Positions 39,764 to 50,522 are shown, counted from the stretch's first letter. The stretch is 64,000 nucleotides of DNA from Candidatus Methanomethylicia archaeon (GCA_038727515.1 JAVYVS010000001.1:1-64000), one strand, 5' to 3'. Notes: generated by a model from the letters alone, not told the origin. Translations and numbers: made by a program.

Positions 39764-40807
39764 TTGTATTTTGATCCTAAACCTAAGGATAGGATTGAAG
39801 ATTTCTTTGATATGGAGGATGAACTTAAAGCTTTTATTGAATCTGTGAAAAAGGAGAAATTGATTGTAGTTACAGGGTTTAGGAGGTATGGTAAAACTTC
39901 TCTTATACTAACAGGACTCAATGTTTCTGGTTTAAATTATCTATTCTTAGATTGTAGATTGCTTCCATCTGGTATGATATCTATTAATAGTTTTCTTGAT
40001 TTATTGGAAGATGAATTGAGTAGGAGGTCTTGGGTGAGAAAGATTTTACGGGGAATAGAAGGTGTAAGTATTGGAGATATTGGTATTAGAATAAAGAAGA
40101 GGGATAGAAATACTCTTATTAGGATAATGGAATGCCTTAGTGGAAATATACTAGTTTTAGATGAAGCTCAAGAACTTAGAAGATCCAATTATAATTTTAA
40201 TGGTCTTCTAGCCTACATCTATGATCATTTAGATTCAAGGATAATAGTTTCTGGTTCAAAAATTGGTCTTCTATATAGTTTTCTTAAGATAAATGATCCA
40301 GAGGCACCACTTTTTGGAAGACCTTATGTTGAAATCAAACTTAAACGATTGGATTTCAAGAAGGCGAGGGAGTTTTTGGAGAAGGGTTTTGAACAGGAGA
40401 AAGTGGAGGTTTCAAGTGAAGTTATAGATGAAGCTATAAGGAGTTTTGATGGGGTAATAGGATGGCTTACATATTTTGGATATTCTTATACGAGGAAGGG
40501 TGAATCCATAGATTCTATAATGGAAAAAGCATGTAAACTTTCAGCGAGTGAAGTTGATCATGCTTTAGAAATATATGGTATAGGAAGGAATAGATATGTT
40601 AGTGTATTGAAGATAGTGGCTAGTGGAAGTGGATTGAGATGGTCTGAAATAAAGAGAGCTTTAGAAGCAAAATATGGGAGAATACCCAACAATACATTAT
40701 CAAACATTATAAGGAACTTATTGAATCAAGGACTTATAGAAAGGGATGATGAACTATACAAGGTAACAGATCAAATACTTAGAATTAGCATATTAAGATA
40801 CCTCTAG
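39764..40807 (+). CDS. Archaeal P-loop ATPase with C-terminal wHTH (COG1672-like)
   Basis: YFDPKPK N-terminus, GFRRYGKTS, LDEAQ, SGS, PLFGR; C-terminal RWSEIK...LLNQGLI. Confidence 0.92.
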   Translation: MYFDPKPKDRIEDFFDMEDELKAFIESVKKEKLIVVTGFRRYGKTSLILTGLNVSGLNYLFLDCRLLPSGMISINSFLDLLEDELSRRSWVRKILRGIEGVSIGDIGIRIKKRDRNTLIRIMECLSGNILVLDEAQELRRSNYNFNGLLAYIYDHLDSRIIVSGSKIGLLYSFLKINDPEAPLFGRPYVEIKLKRLDFKKAREFLEKGFEQEKVEVSSEVIDEAIRSFDGVIGWLTYFGYSYTRKGESIDSIMEKACKLSASEVDHALEIYGIGRNRYVSVLKIVASGSGLRWSEIKRALEAKYGRIPNNTLSNIIRNLLNQGLIERDDELYKVTDQILRISILRYL

Positions 40808-40947
40808 AAGGTTTAATTTAATATTAAGAATTTCTAGGATTAACCGATATTATCATTAACATTCTAGATAATTTATAGGCTAAAATTTAAAGATGGTTGT
40901 TTGTTTAATCTTCAACATTTTAATACTACTTTTATCTTGTTATTTAT

Positions 40948-41934
40948 ATGAATCCATTTTCATTTGATGGTGTTTGGGTTAAGGGTAATCTTCATTCTCA
41001 TACGAATAATTCTGATGGAGTATTGTCTCCAAGTGAAGTTGTGAAGTATTATTGTAGAAATGGATTTGATTTCTTAGCTTTAACTGATCATGATAAGATA
41101 ACCCGTATCGACTCTAATTGTTTAATATTGTTTTCAGGTATAGAGGTCACTGTTAAAAATGGTGTTTCTTATCATGTGGTGGGTATTGATGTTGATGATG
41201 AAAATTATATTCTAAAGCTTAAGGATGATTCTATTCAAAGTCTTCTCAATTATATAAGTGAGAGGGGTTTAGCTATAATTGCTCATCCATATTGGTCTAA
41301 TTTGACAATCAATGATCTTCTTATTTTACGTAACTATGTTGGTATTGAAATCTATAATGCTGGTTGTGATGTTGAAGTGGCAAAGGGATATTCAATTGCC
41401 CATTGGGATTGTATTATTTCAAAGGATACTGGTGTTTATGGTTTTGCAGTTGATGATGCTCATTGGTATAATGGTTTTGATGCTCCTGGAGGTTGGATTC
41501 TAGTTAAAGTTAGAGATAAATCTAGAGATGAAATTATTACTTCCATTAAAGAGGGGAGATTCTATTCTACGATGGGGCCATTAATAAGTGAATTTAAAAG
41601 TGTGGGTAATATTGTTAATGCAAGTTTTACTCCTGTGAATAGGGTTGATATTGTATCTGAAAATGGAAGTGGTTTCAGTTTCTCCATGAATACATATCAT
41701 TTAATAAAGAGTGGTATAGTGGGTATAAGGAATTTTAAGAAGGTGAAATTATCTTCCAATGGAGATATTGAGAAATTAACTATTGAAATTGATAATGGTG
41801 TTATAGAGGTATACCTGTCAAGTAAGGGTATAATTGGGATATTAATTGAAGGATTTAAATTTAAGAATTATTTGAGATTGGAAATTACAGATTTTAATGG
41901 TAGAAAGGCTTGGAGTAATCCAGTGAAAATATAA
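40948..41934 (+). CDS. PHP-fold (CehA/McbA-like) metallohydrolase
   Basis: KGNLHSHT..SDG, LTDH, AHP, IEIYN and DDAH. Confidence 0.9.
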   Translation: MNPFSFDGVWVKGNLHSHTNNSDGVLSPSEVVKYYCRNGFDFLALTDHDKITRIDSNCLILFSGIEVTVKNGVSYHVVGIDVDDENYILKLKDDSIQSLLNYISERGLAIIAHPYWSNLTINDLLILRNYVGIEIYNAGCDVEVAKGYSIAHWDCIISKDTGVYGFAVDDAHWYNGFDAPGGWILVKVRDKSRDEIITSIKEGRFYSTMGPLISEFKSVGNIVNASFTPVNRVDIVSENGSGFSFSMNTYHLIKSGIVGIRNFKKVKLSSNGDIEKLTIEIDNGVIEVYLSSKGIIGILIEGFKFKNYLRLEITDFNGRKAWSNPVKI

Positions 41935-41935
41935 T

Positions 41936-42736
41936 TTATATTGTCTTATACATTGGAAGACTTAAACATGTTACTCCTCCATCACACTTCCAAAATTCTG
42001 AAATATCAACTTCTATTGGCTTAAAACCTTCTCTTCTAAGTTTTTCTATAGTCTTCTCATATCCAGCTGGGACAATTATCTTACCATCACCAATATAAAG
42101 TACATTACTTGCATATTCCTCTTCTTCAGGAACTATTATCATCTTTAAACCTTCAAAATATCTTAAATCCACTAAACTTGGAGCTATTATAATAGTTTTA
42201 TTTCCAATATAGTTTACTCCTCCAAGTAGATGGAAAGTTTTGTCTATTGGTGTTGCTATAACCAATTCCCTTGGGAATATTTTCATCAATTGTTTTATAC
42301 CTTCAATATTTGTCCTTCTAGATAAACCAACATATATTACTCCTAGATCCGTAATCATTAAATCTCCACCTTCAATTGTTCCAGGAGCTTCAACTCTAAA
42401 TACTTCAAATCCCTTTTCATTTAGGAGTATAGCTATATCCTCTTCCTCCCCCCTCCTACTTACTTCTCCAAAACGAGCTATCAATGCCCTTTTACTCTTT
42501 AATCCAATGAGAGCTGTATCTTGTATAAATACTGAATCTGGGAATTGATCAATTGATTTAAGCTTAATAACTTCTACTCCATTTTCCAATAGTATTTTTA
42601 TGTATTCTTCATGCTGCTTTTTTGCCAAATTTACATCCACAGTAGCTTTTAAAGGATTTCCAGAAACACATTTATTAAATGTTATACTTGGAGGTCTAAC
42701 TATTACGGTATCAAACAATCTATCTGGAAATTTCAT
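41936..42736 (-). CDS. Dimethylarginine dimethylaminohydrolase/amidinotransferase family protein
   Basis: FPDSVFIQD, RRGE, IEGGD, RTN, FHL and DGGVTCLS. Confidence 0.92.
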   Translation of the reverse strand: MKFPDRLFDTVIVRPPSITFNKCVSGNPLKATVDVNLAKKQHEEYIKILLENGVEVIKLKSIDQFPDSVFIQDTALIGLKSKRALIARFGEVSRRGEEEDIAILLNEKGFEVFRVEAPGTIEGGDLMITDLGVIYVGLSRRTNIEGIKQLMKIFPRELVIATPIDKTFHLLGGVNYIGNKTIIIAPSLVDLRYFEGLKMIIVPEEEEYASNVLYIGDGKIIVPAGYEKTIEKLRREGFKPIEVDISEFWKCDGGVTCLSLPMYKTI

Positions 42737-42766
42737 GTGTAAATATAAGTATTATCAGGTTATTTA

Positions 42767-42796
42767 ATTATTATTATTATTATCATCATCATCATC
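42767..42796. repeat. Compound microsatellite (ATT)5(ATC)5
   Basis: Read directly; immediately upstream of the DDAH-gene TATA-like box. Confidence 0.9.
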
Positions 42797-43033
42797 TTAA
42801 TGTATAAGTTAATATCGTTTTTACCGTTTTGTCTAGGACTCCTTAATAATATTGTTCCTTTCCTTGAATCCATTTACTCAATTTTCCCTCTATTTTATTG
42901 GATAATACTCAACAAAAAGCAATATGATTTTTAGATTTACTGTTTACTGAAGGTATTAATTGTTATGTTGAATCTCAATTATCTTCATTAATAAATCTTT
43001 TTTAGGTTGATGTTTTGAATATTTTTAGGGTTT

Positions 43034-43975
43034 ATGATTATATTAGCTCATGGAGATTGTGATGGTATTTGTTCTGCATCTATTGTTCTATCTAAATTTA
43101 GGGATTCAAAAGTCTTTTTCACGAATCCTGCTGGTTTACTTAATGATTTAAAGCAGATTAATGGTGAAGATATAATTATTGTAGATATTGCTTTAACTCC
43201 AATGTTTATAAATGATATTTTACATGAGTTTAAGAGGATTTCCTCTAGTAACAAGCTTTTATATTTTGATCATCATCCTCTACCTAAAGGTTTAGATATT
43301 AATTCTATTCCTGCTACATTTACTTCTATAAGTTCTGAAGGCTGTGCTTCAGAGCTTGTTTATAAATATTTTATTGGTGATCCATCTAATGATATGAGTA
43401 GAGTTATGCTTTATGGTTGTATTGGTGATTATCGTGATAATACTCCATTTTCAAAGGAAACTTTAGAATTTTGGGATAAGAGGGAATTATATTTTGAAGC
43501 TGGATTGCTTATAGAGGCTATTGAAGGTTCTGGTAAGAGGAATTATGATTTTAAGAGGGATCTAGTATCATATTTATCTTTCAATAAACTTCCAAGTGCT
43601 AGAGAAGATATTGTTAAATTAGCTATTCAAGAAGCTATTAGAAGTGAAGAAATGAAATTTATTGTTAAATCTAATGTTAAAACTTATGGTGATGTCTCCT
43701 ATGTATTGGATGTTCCATGGTCTCTTGGTAAAGCAGCTATTTATGCTAGAGTTTATGGTAAAACTACAATTGGAGTAGCTGGTGAATGCAGGAGGAATTA
43801 CATTGATATTAGCGTTAGATGTGTTAAATTGAATAATTTAAATGAAATAGTTTCTCTTGCTGCAAGTGATGTTGATGGTATTGGAGGTGGTCATGGTGAT
43901 TCTGCTGGAGCGAGGATACCAATTGATAAATTCATGGATTTCATACATAAGCTTAATCATTATTTGAAGTGTTGA
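43034..43975 (+). CDS. DHH/DHHA1 family phosphoesterase
   Basis: HGDCDG, DIA, FDHH and GGGHGDSAGA. Confidence 0.92.
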   Translation: MIILAHGDCDGICSASIVLSKFRDSKVFFTNPAGLLNDLKQINGEDIIIVDIALTPMFINDILHEFKRISSSNKLLYFDHHPLPKGLDINSIPATFTSISSEGCASELVYKYFIGDPSNDMSRVMLYGCIGDYRDNTPFSKETLEFWDKRELYFEAGLLIEAIEGSGKRNYDFKRDLVSYLSFNKLPSAREDIVKLAIQEAIRSEEMKFIVKSNVKTYGDVSYVLDVPWSLGKAAIYARVYGKTTIGVAGECRRNYIDISVRCVKLNNLNEIVSLAASDVDGIGGGHGDSAGARIPIDKFMDFIHKLNHYLKC

Positions 43976-44000
43976 TTTACCATTTTATAGGGTTTCATCC

Positions 44001-44669
44001 CTATGCTATTAACATTATAAACCATAGTATTATTGGTATTATTGGAGATTTACCTGTATTCTCATAAATTGTATATGTTATTATTGTGAATATGGTGGAT
44101 GCAATCCCACTATATATATCCCTTTTAGTTATGATATGTGGTAATGCCCAACCAAATATTATGAATATCATTCCAGAATTTAAAATACCTAAATACCATT
44201 TCCATCCCATATTAGCTAGTATATACATATAGTTTACTGATGTTATTTCGTATAGATAGTATAGTATTGTGATTGGATAAAATTTCAAATATTTCATTCC
44301 ACCCCTCATATAATATTTAATATCCAATAATTTTGCAGTGTATCGTTTCCCTTTAATTATATTTGTAAAGTAACATAGAATTATTATGAGAATTGCCCCT
44401 ATAATTAGTAAAGAGATATTCTCTAAATTTACTTTCATTATGGGATTGTAAATTGCATTTTCAATTCCAATTTGAGTTATACTTGATATTAGTATTAGTG
44501 ATCCAACTCCTATACCTGTAAATATGAAGTGTGCAGTAGCATAAAATTCTATACTTCTCGGATTTAGCCTAATGATTTTCATAATTAATAGTCCAATTAT
44601 GTGGGTTAATGTAAATAGTATCCATGTTATTATTGCTCCAAATTCTAGTGGAATGGATGTATTAAACAT
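44001..44669 (-). CDS. Multi-pass membrane protein (possibly a CPBP/Abi-like relative)
   Basis: About 7 TMs; FGWALPH resembles the Abi FxxxH motif, but no EExxxR motif is seen. Confidence 0.6.
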   Translation of the reverse strand: MFNTSIPLEFGAIITWILFTLTHIIGLLIMKIIRLNPRSIEFYATAHFIFTGIGVGSLILISSITQIGIENAIYNPIMKVNLENISLLIIGAILIIILCYFTNIIKGKRYTAKLLDIKYYMRGGMKYLKFYPITILYYLYEITSVNYMYILANMGWKWYLGILNSGMIFIIFGWALPHIITKRDIYSGIASTIFTIITYTIYENTGKSPIIPIILWFIMLIA

Positions 44670-44742
44670 TATGAATTACCTATTTATGATTTATTGTAAG
44701 TGTTTATATTTTGTATTTATTTATAGTTTTGTGTGGTATAAT

Positions 44743-45924
44743 ATGAGTTTTCTTAAATGTGATAAGTGTGGTTCAAATTATAGTTTAGAAGAGGATTTAA
44801 TGTTGTGTAGGAATTGTAATTATCCTTTAATGATTCAGTATGATTTAGATCATATTCATGAGGATTTCGATTTTAAACGTTTGAGTGGTAGAGTTCGTTC
44901 TATTTGGAGGTATTTTGAGTTTCTACCTAGAATTGAAGATAAATTTATTGTGAGTTTAATGGAGGGTTTAACTCCAATATTAGATTCCAATAGGATTATT
45001 GATCTCTTTGGTTTAAGGGGGTTAAAATTTAAATTGGAGTATTTAAATCCAACAGGTTCATTGAAGGATAGAGGTTCAACTCTACTTATTTCATGGGTTA
45101 ATAAGCTTGGTGTTAAATCTATTGCTGATGATTCTTCAGGTAATGCTGGGATATCTCTTTCTGCATATAGTGCTAAAGCCGGTATTAATTGTACAATATA
45201 TGTTCCTGAACATACTCCAATAGATAAGATTATTCAAGCAATATCTTATGGTGCCAAGGTGGTTAGAGTTAGTGGTGGTAGAACTGAAACTTCAAAGGAG
45301 ATTATGAGTCTTTGGAAGATGGGTAAACTATATTATGCTTCACATAATATGAGTCCATTCTTTCTTGATGGTTTTAAAACATTTGCATATGAGGTTATAG
45401 AGCAATTGAATGGTGATCTTCCAGACCACATTATATTCCCCACTGGTGGTGGAAGTTTATTTCTAGGTGCTTATAGAGGTTTTATGGAAGCAAAAGCTAT
45501 TGGATGGATAAATGATATCCCAAAATTACATATTGTTCAACCTGAAGCTTGTAATCCAATTGTTAGAGCATTTGAAAGGAGATTATCATATGTAGAGCCT
45601 ATAGTGGAGGGTGAAACTATTGCTGGTGGATTGAGAATTTCAAATCCACCTAGAGGTGAAAGTATTTTGAAGGCTTTATATGATTGTAAGGGATTTGCAG
45701 TAAGTGTTTCTGAAGGTGAAATTGTAGATGGATATATTAAATTGGCTAAGGAAGGTATATTTGCTGAACCAACTTCAGCTACAGTTATACCAGCATTAAA
45801 AAGGTTATTAGATTTAAATGTGATATGTAAAGATGAAAAGGTTTTACTTCCAATAACTGGATTTGGATTAAAGGATGTTAAAACAGCAGTTAAAATATTT
45901 CATGGTGAATCTCAAATCAAATAA
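44743..45924 (+). CDS. thrC: Threonine synthase-like PLP enzyme
   Basis: N-terminal CxxC/CxxC, LNPTGSLKDRG, SSGNAG, PTGGG and EPTSA; real start MSFLKC at 44743. Confidence 0.88.
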   Translation: MSFLKCDKCGSNYSLEEDLMLCRNCNYPLMIQYDLDHIHEDFDFKRLSGRVRSIWRYFEFLPRIEDKFIVSLMEGLTPILDSNRIIDLFGLRGLKFKLEYLNPTGSLKDRGSTLLISWVNKLGVKSIADDSSGNAGISLSAYSAKAGINCTIYVPEHTPIDKIIQAISYGAKVVRVSGGRTETSKEIMSLWKMGKLYYASHNMSPFFLDGFKTFAYEVIEQLNGDLPDHIIFPTGGGSLFLGAYRGFMEAKAIGWINDIPKLHIVQPEACNPIVRAFERRLSYVEPIVEGETIAGGLRISNPPRGESILKALYDCKGFAVSVSEGEIVDGYIKLAKEGIFAEPTSATVIPALKRLLDLNVICKDEKVLLPITGFGLKDVKTAVKIFHGESQIK

Positions 45925-45937
45925 TTATCATATACAA

Positions 45938-46885
45938 TTATTTTGAAGCTAAAAGTACAACTCCACTAGGTTTGAATTCACCTCTAATCTTATATCCAGT
46001 TAAATCGGAGAGCTTCATTGCGAAATCCCTTATATCCTCCATATATGGCATTGCATCCCTTGAAAGCCTCTTCCTACTTTCACCAACCCATTCATATGCT
46101 TTAACTTCAACAAAATCTGGTTCTGCTTTGTAAATCATCTTTACATATTCCTCATGTTTAATCATATTCCAACCCTTAATCATTGTAAGTCTAAAAACTT
46201 TCCTTGTATCTAAACTTGGAAATAATTCCAATGTTTTAATTAATTTACTCCATCCATCTTTAAATAGTGGTCTCATCAATTTTAGATAGATCTCTTCATT
46301 TGGAGCTGAAATACTCACATATAATTGAAATGGTAGTGGATCCATTTCCTCTAGAACCTCAGGCATTGTACCATTTGTTACTAGAAAGGTTATCATACCC
46401 CTCTTTCTAGCTTCACTAATTAATTCTGATATTTTTGGATATAATGTTGGTTCACCAGTTAAACTCATGGTCATCATTGTAGGTCTCAAAGCTTCTTCAA
46501 ATTTCAATCTATCTATACTTTGATCACCTTTAAATCCAAATAATAATTCCTTCCTCCTCTGTATAGCATCCTCTATAATTACATCTGGTTCATCTACCTC
46601 CCTTAAATCCAATGGGTATTCTCTCCATAGTAATCCAGGTCTATCTCCAGAATGCATCCTCCAACAATATAAACAATGGCAATTACATCCAATATATGGA
46701 GTCATCTCCATACATCTATGGCTTTGAACCGGTGGATACCATAATTCTTTATAGCAAACTCTATTATTCCTTAAACTTTCTTTAGTCCAATGGCAAATTT
46801 TAACAGCACTATGCTTATACTTTCCAAGTAGTCTATAACCTTGAGCATAATATGCTTCTTCTACTTTAGATGGTAGGGCGCTCAT
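45938..46885 (-). CDS. taw1: 4-demethylwyosine synthase (radical SAM, tRNA modification)
   Basis: HSAVKICHW, CYK, SHRC, CNCHCLYCWR, SLTGEPT and EVKAY. Confidence 0.95.
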   Translation of the reverse strand: MSALPSKVEEAYYAQGYRLLGKYKHSAVKICHWTKESLRNNRVCYKELWYPPVQSHRCMEMTPYIGCNCHCLYCWRMHSGDRPGLLWREYPLDLREVDEPDVIIEDAIQRRKELLFGFKGDQSIDRLKFEEALRPTMMTMSLTGEPTLYPKISELISEARKRGMITFLVTNGTMPEVLEEMDPLPFQLYVSISAPNEEIYLKLMRPLFKDGWSKLIKTLELFPSLDTRKVFRLTMIKGWNMIKHEEYVKMIYKAEPDFVEVKAYEWVGESRKRLSRDAMPYMEDIRDFAMKLSDLTGYKIRGEFKPSGVVLLASK

Positions 46886-47011
46886 AAATCTACTTTAAAA
46901 TTTGAATTTTCATTAATAAATCTTTAATCATGAATTAAATATTCACCTCATAGGCTTCAATTCATTGAAAAATTTGAAATACTTACTTCAATATTAAATT
47001 TTGGTGTTTAA

Positions 47012-47578
47012 ATGAAGTTTCAATTCCCAAATAATCTTATTATTGAGGTTTTAGAGGGGGATATAACTGAAGTTGAAGCGGATGCTATTGTTAATGCTGC
47101 TAATCGTTATCTTAAACATGATGGTGGAGTTGCTGGAGCCATTGTCAGGAAGGGTGGAATTCAAATTCAAATTGAAAGTGATGAATATATTAAGAGACAT
47201 GGTCCTCTACCAGTGGGTGGTGTAGCAGTTACTAGAGCTGGTAAATTAAAGGCTAAATATATTATTCATGTTGTTGGCCCTGTTTATGGTGAAGAAAATT
47301 CTGATTTAAAACTTTCAGAAGCCATTAGAAATTCCATATTGAAGGCTGAAGAACTTAATTTAGAAAGTATTGCTATTCCAGCAATATCTACTGGAGCCTT
47401 TGGATATCCATTAAACATATGCGCTGAAATAATGGCTAAAACAATCATCAATTTAGCTAATAAATTAAATAATTTGAGGAAGATAATGGTTGTTTTATAT
47501 GGAGAGCAATCATATAAGATATTTGAAGAAACATTTAAGAGAATTTTCAAAGATGTATTTCATTCAAACAATTTTTAA
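47012..47578 (+). CDS. Macro domain protein (ADP-ribose binding/hydrolase)
   Basis: GDIT, IVNAAN..LKHDGGVAGAI, IHVVGP and PAISTGAFG. Confidence 0.95.
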   Translation: MKFQFPNNLIIEVLEGDITEVEADAIVNAANRYLKHDGGVAGAIVRKGGIQIQIESDEYIKRHGPLPVGGVAVTRAGKLKAKYIIHVVGPVYGEENSDLKLSEAIRNSILKAEELNLESIAIPAISTGAFGYPLNICAEIMAKTIINLANKLNNLRKIMVVLYGEQSYKIFEETFKRIFKDVFHSNNF

Positions 47579-47614
47579 AGTACTTTGTTCTATAAAACAA
47601 TTTATTTATAACTA

Positions 47615-48250
47615 TTAAAAATCACTTAATTTTTGACTTGGAGTTTCACTTAAATATGAGATATCATTATGTTTTACGAGTATAAACTTATTATCTTTAT
47701 ATTCAAATATTGTTATTCCTCCACAATCAATCCTTATATTCCAAAATTTTGAATTATCTAAACCTAAAAGCATACATATCATAACTTTAAGTACAACTCT
47801 ATGAGATACTATTGCAATATTTCCCTCGATTCCTCTAACTATTTTACCTATAAATCTCATTAATCTACTTCTAACATCCTCTAAACTTTCACCATTTGGG
47901 AATTTCACTAAATGTGGATTATTAATCCATTCTTCATATAATTCTCCATAAATTTCTTTTACTTCATCTTCTGATTTACCCTCCCAAGAGCCATAATTGA
48001 TATCTATTAAATCATCATCAACAATTATTTCCACAGGTTTATCATGATATTCCACAATATATTCAGCAGTTTCAAGAGCACGTTTCAAAGGGCTTGAATA
48101 TACTACGTTGATATCTATATCCCTCAAATATTTACCTAGCAATTCAGCTTGCTTCCTCCCTATTTTACTTAATGGGATATCTTTCCTACCTCTAAAAACT
48201 CTCTCCACATTCCACTCTGTTTCTCCATGTCTAATTAAAAGTATTTTCAT
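47615..48250 (-). CDS. Histidine phosphatase family protein
   Basis: LIRHGET, SSPLKRA, YGSWEG, GES and VSH. Confidence 0.93.
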   Translation of the reverse strand: MKILLIRHGETEWNVERVFRGRKDIPLSKIGRKQAELLGKYLRDIDINVVYSSPLKRALETAEYIVEYHDKPVEIIVDDDLIDINYGSWEGKSEDEVKEIYGELYEEWINNPHLVKFPNGESLEDVRSRLMRFIGKIVRGIEGNIAIVSHRVVLKVMICMLLGLDNSKFWNIRIDCGGITIFEYKDNKFILVKHNDISYLSETPSQKLSDF

Positions 48251-48368
48251 ATAAATCAATATATGGTATTTCAAAATTATATTTAATTAATATTGTTTTT
48301 AACAGATTTTTCATGTAAAGTTAAGATTAATTATCTTGTTAATTGTAATTTATTTTGAAGATTAATTT

Positions 48369-49403
48369 ATGAAGTGTCGTTTAATTGAACAGGGTTTTAA
48401 ACCTGGGAGTTGTTTAACCTTCTATAATGGTGAGTGGAAACCTGCTTGTGAAGTTACTTTGAAATGGAAGGATAATACACCTTACAGATTAATTTATTCT
48501 TATGCTCATAAAGCTCCTGAACAATATCTTTCAATATATCAATCTGGATGTAATTGGAGTTGTAAGAAGTGTCATTCTTGGAGATTTACCCGTTATGCAA
48601 CTGGAAAATGGATGTCTCCTAAGCATATTGCTAAAATTTCCATGGAATATTATGAGAAAAATAGAGATAATTTATATAAGGAGCCTAAAGATCATGTGAC
48701 TAGTTGGCATGCTCATGAATTATGTCGTGGTTGTGGTTCATGCATACTTTATGGGAGAAGATCTAAATACTGCCCTGGGAAATTAAGTTTAGATAAATTA
48801 ACTTTACTTGATGATTTTACTTGGGGTCCAGCTAGAAATATAATTTCATTTACTGGTGGAGATATTGCATGTCAACCAGAATTTTATGCTCAATCCGCCA
48901 TGGAAATTAAGAATATGGGTTTAGATCTATGGGTTTTATTTGAAACTAATGGTTATGGTTTAACACCAGAAAATCTAGATTTATTTAAAGAAGCTGGAAT
49001 TGATTCCTTTTGGCTTGATATTAAAGCTTATGATAATGATGTTCATCGTAGATTAACTGGTGCTTCCAATGAATGGATTTTAAAATTGCCAGCTGAAATA
49101 ATTGATAGGGGATTTACCATTGAAGTTTCAACAGTTTATATTCCAGGATGGGTTGAAGGAGATCAAATACATGAAATAGCAAAACTTTTAGCTCAAGTTG
49201 ATAGTGACATACCATATGCAATAATCGCTTTTATACCTGAATATCAATTGAAGAGTATACCATCACCAACATATCAACAAATGATTGAAGCTTTTGAATT
49301 AGCGAGGGATGCTGGTTTGAGGAATGTTAGACTTGGAAATGTAGGACTCTTTATAAAATCAATGGATGAATATGAAGAGTTGATTAGAATGAGAGCTATT
49401 TAA
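48369..49403 (+). CDS. Radical SAM protein (PFL-activating-enzyme-like)
   Basis: GCNWSCKKCHSW, FTGG, ETNG and LDIK; extra CRGCGSC...C insert. Confidence 0.88.
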   Translation: MKCRLIEQGFKPGSCLTFYNGEWKPACEVTLKWKDNTPYRLIYSYAHKAPEQYLSIYQSGCNWSCKKCHSWRFTRYATGKWMSPKHIAKISMEYYEKNRDNLYKEPKDHVTSWHAHELCRGCGSCILYGRRSKYCPGKLSLDKLTLLDDFTWGPARNIISFTGGDIACQPEFYAQSAMEIKNMGLDLWVLFETNGYGLTPENLDLFKEAGIDSFWLDIKAYDNDVHRRLTGASNEWILKLPAEIIDRGFTIEVSTVYIPGWVEGDQIHEIAKLLAQVDSDIPYAIIAFIPEYQLKSIPSPTYQQMIEAFELARDAGLRNVRLGNVGLFIKSMDEYEELIRMRAI

Positions 49404-49468
49404 ATCTTAATAATTCATTTATAGACATAGTTTTAATATGTTTGTATGTATTGATTGTTTAGATTTAT

Positions 49469-50479
49469 ATGGTTGTAGTTCAACCCTTCCATAATATTCC
49501 AAGTATTCCCACCTATAAACAATTGATGGATATTGCTTTTGGTAGAGCTTCTAGAACTTCTGTTAAACTTCCAGCTGTTAAAGATAAATTGATTATTGCT
49601 AAGATTAAGGAGATTAAGAGGATTGAGGTTAGTTCATCTATAATTATTGATAGATTGAAGAATATTGTTGGGAGTATGCCTAATATTGATTCTCTACACC
49701 CATTTTATAGGGATTTATTTTGTATTATGATTGATAGAGATAGGTATAACTTAGCTTTAAAGAATTTGTCTTGGGCTTTGAATTTCATTGGAAGACTTAG
49801 AAGGAAGTATATTGTTGAGGTTAGAAGAGCTTCAAATCCTAGTGAAGCTTCTCAATCACGTAGAGCTTTTTATGGTAGAGTTAGTTCTATTATTAAGAGT
49901 GTTGGGGGAGATCTTGAATTTCTCTCTAATGTTCATAAACTTAAGAGGCTTCCAGCTTTAGATTTCAATTTTCCAATAATAATTGTTTGTGGTGCACCTA
50001 ATGTTGGTAAATCTTCCTTTGTTAAATGTGTATCTACAGCTGAACCTGAAATTGCTGAATATCCATTTACAACTAAGAATATTATTGTTGGTCATTTAAT
50101 TGGTCCTCATGGTGTTATAGCTCAAATTATTGATACCCCTGGATTACTTGATAGACCTTTAGAGGAAAGGAATAAGATTGAATTACAAGCTATTGCTGCT
50201 TTAAGAAATCTACATGGTGGTATAGTCTTCTTATTTGATCCAACGGAAACATGTGGTTATACCCTTAAATATCAATTTAATGTATTTAAAGGTGTAATGG
50301 ATTTATTTAAAGATAGACCTTTAGTAATTGGATTAACCAAAATAGATTTAGCAACTAAAGAGCAGATTGATAAAGCTATCTCCCTAATTGGTAGTTATAA
50401 GATATATTTATGCAATACCCTACAATGTATTGGTGTAAAAGATATTGTTGAAGAATTGTTGAATCAACTTAAAATTTAA
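49469..50479 (+). CDS. NOG1 family GTPase
   Basis: LHPFY, GAPNVGKSS, YPFTT, DTPGLLDRP and TKID. Confidence 0.95.
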   Translation: MVVVQPFHNIPSIPTYKQLMDIAFGRASRTSVKLPAVKDKLIIAKIKEIKRIEVSSSIIIDRLKNIVGSMPNIDSLHPFYRDLFCIMIDRDRYNLALKNLSWALNFIGRLRRKYIVEVRRASNPSEASQSRRAFYGRVSSIIKSVGGDLEFLSNVHKLKRLPALDFNFPIIIVCGAPNVGKSSFVKCVSTAEPEIAEYPFTTKNIIVGHLIGPHGVIAQIIDTPGLLDRPLEERNKIELQAIAALRNLHGGIVFLFDPTETCGYTLKYQFNVFKGVMDLFKDRPLVIGLTKIDLATKEQIDKAISLIGSYKIYLCNTLQCIGVKDIVEELLNQLKI

Positions 50480-50522
50480 AATTGATTTAAATTAATTTAT
50501 GTGGTAATTATTGGTGTTTCTT

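Noticed and set aside
44572-44742. N-terminal extension of the thrC ORF (likewise rpiB, dapA-like, mre11, rtcA)
   Set aside because: Longest-ORF artefact; downstream ATGs match the family N-termini
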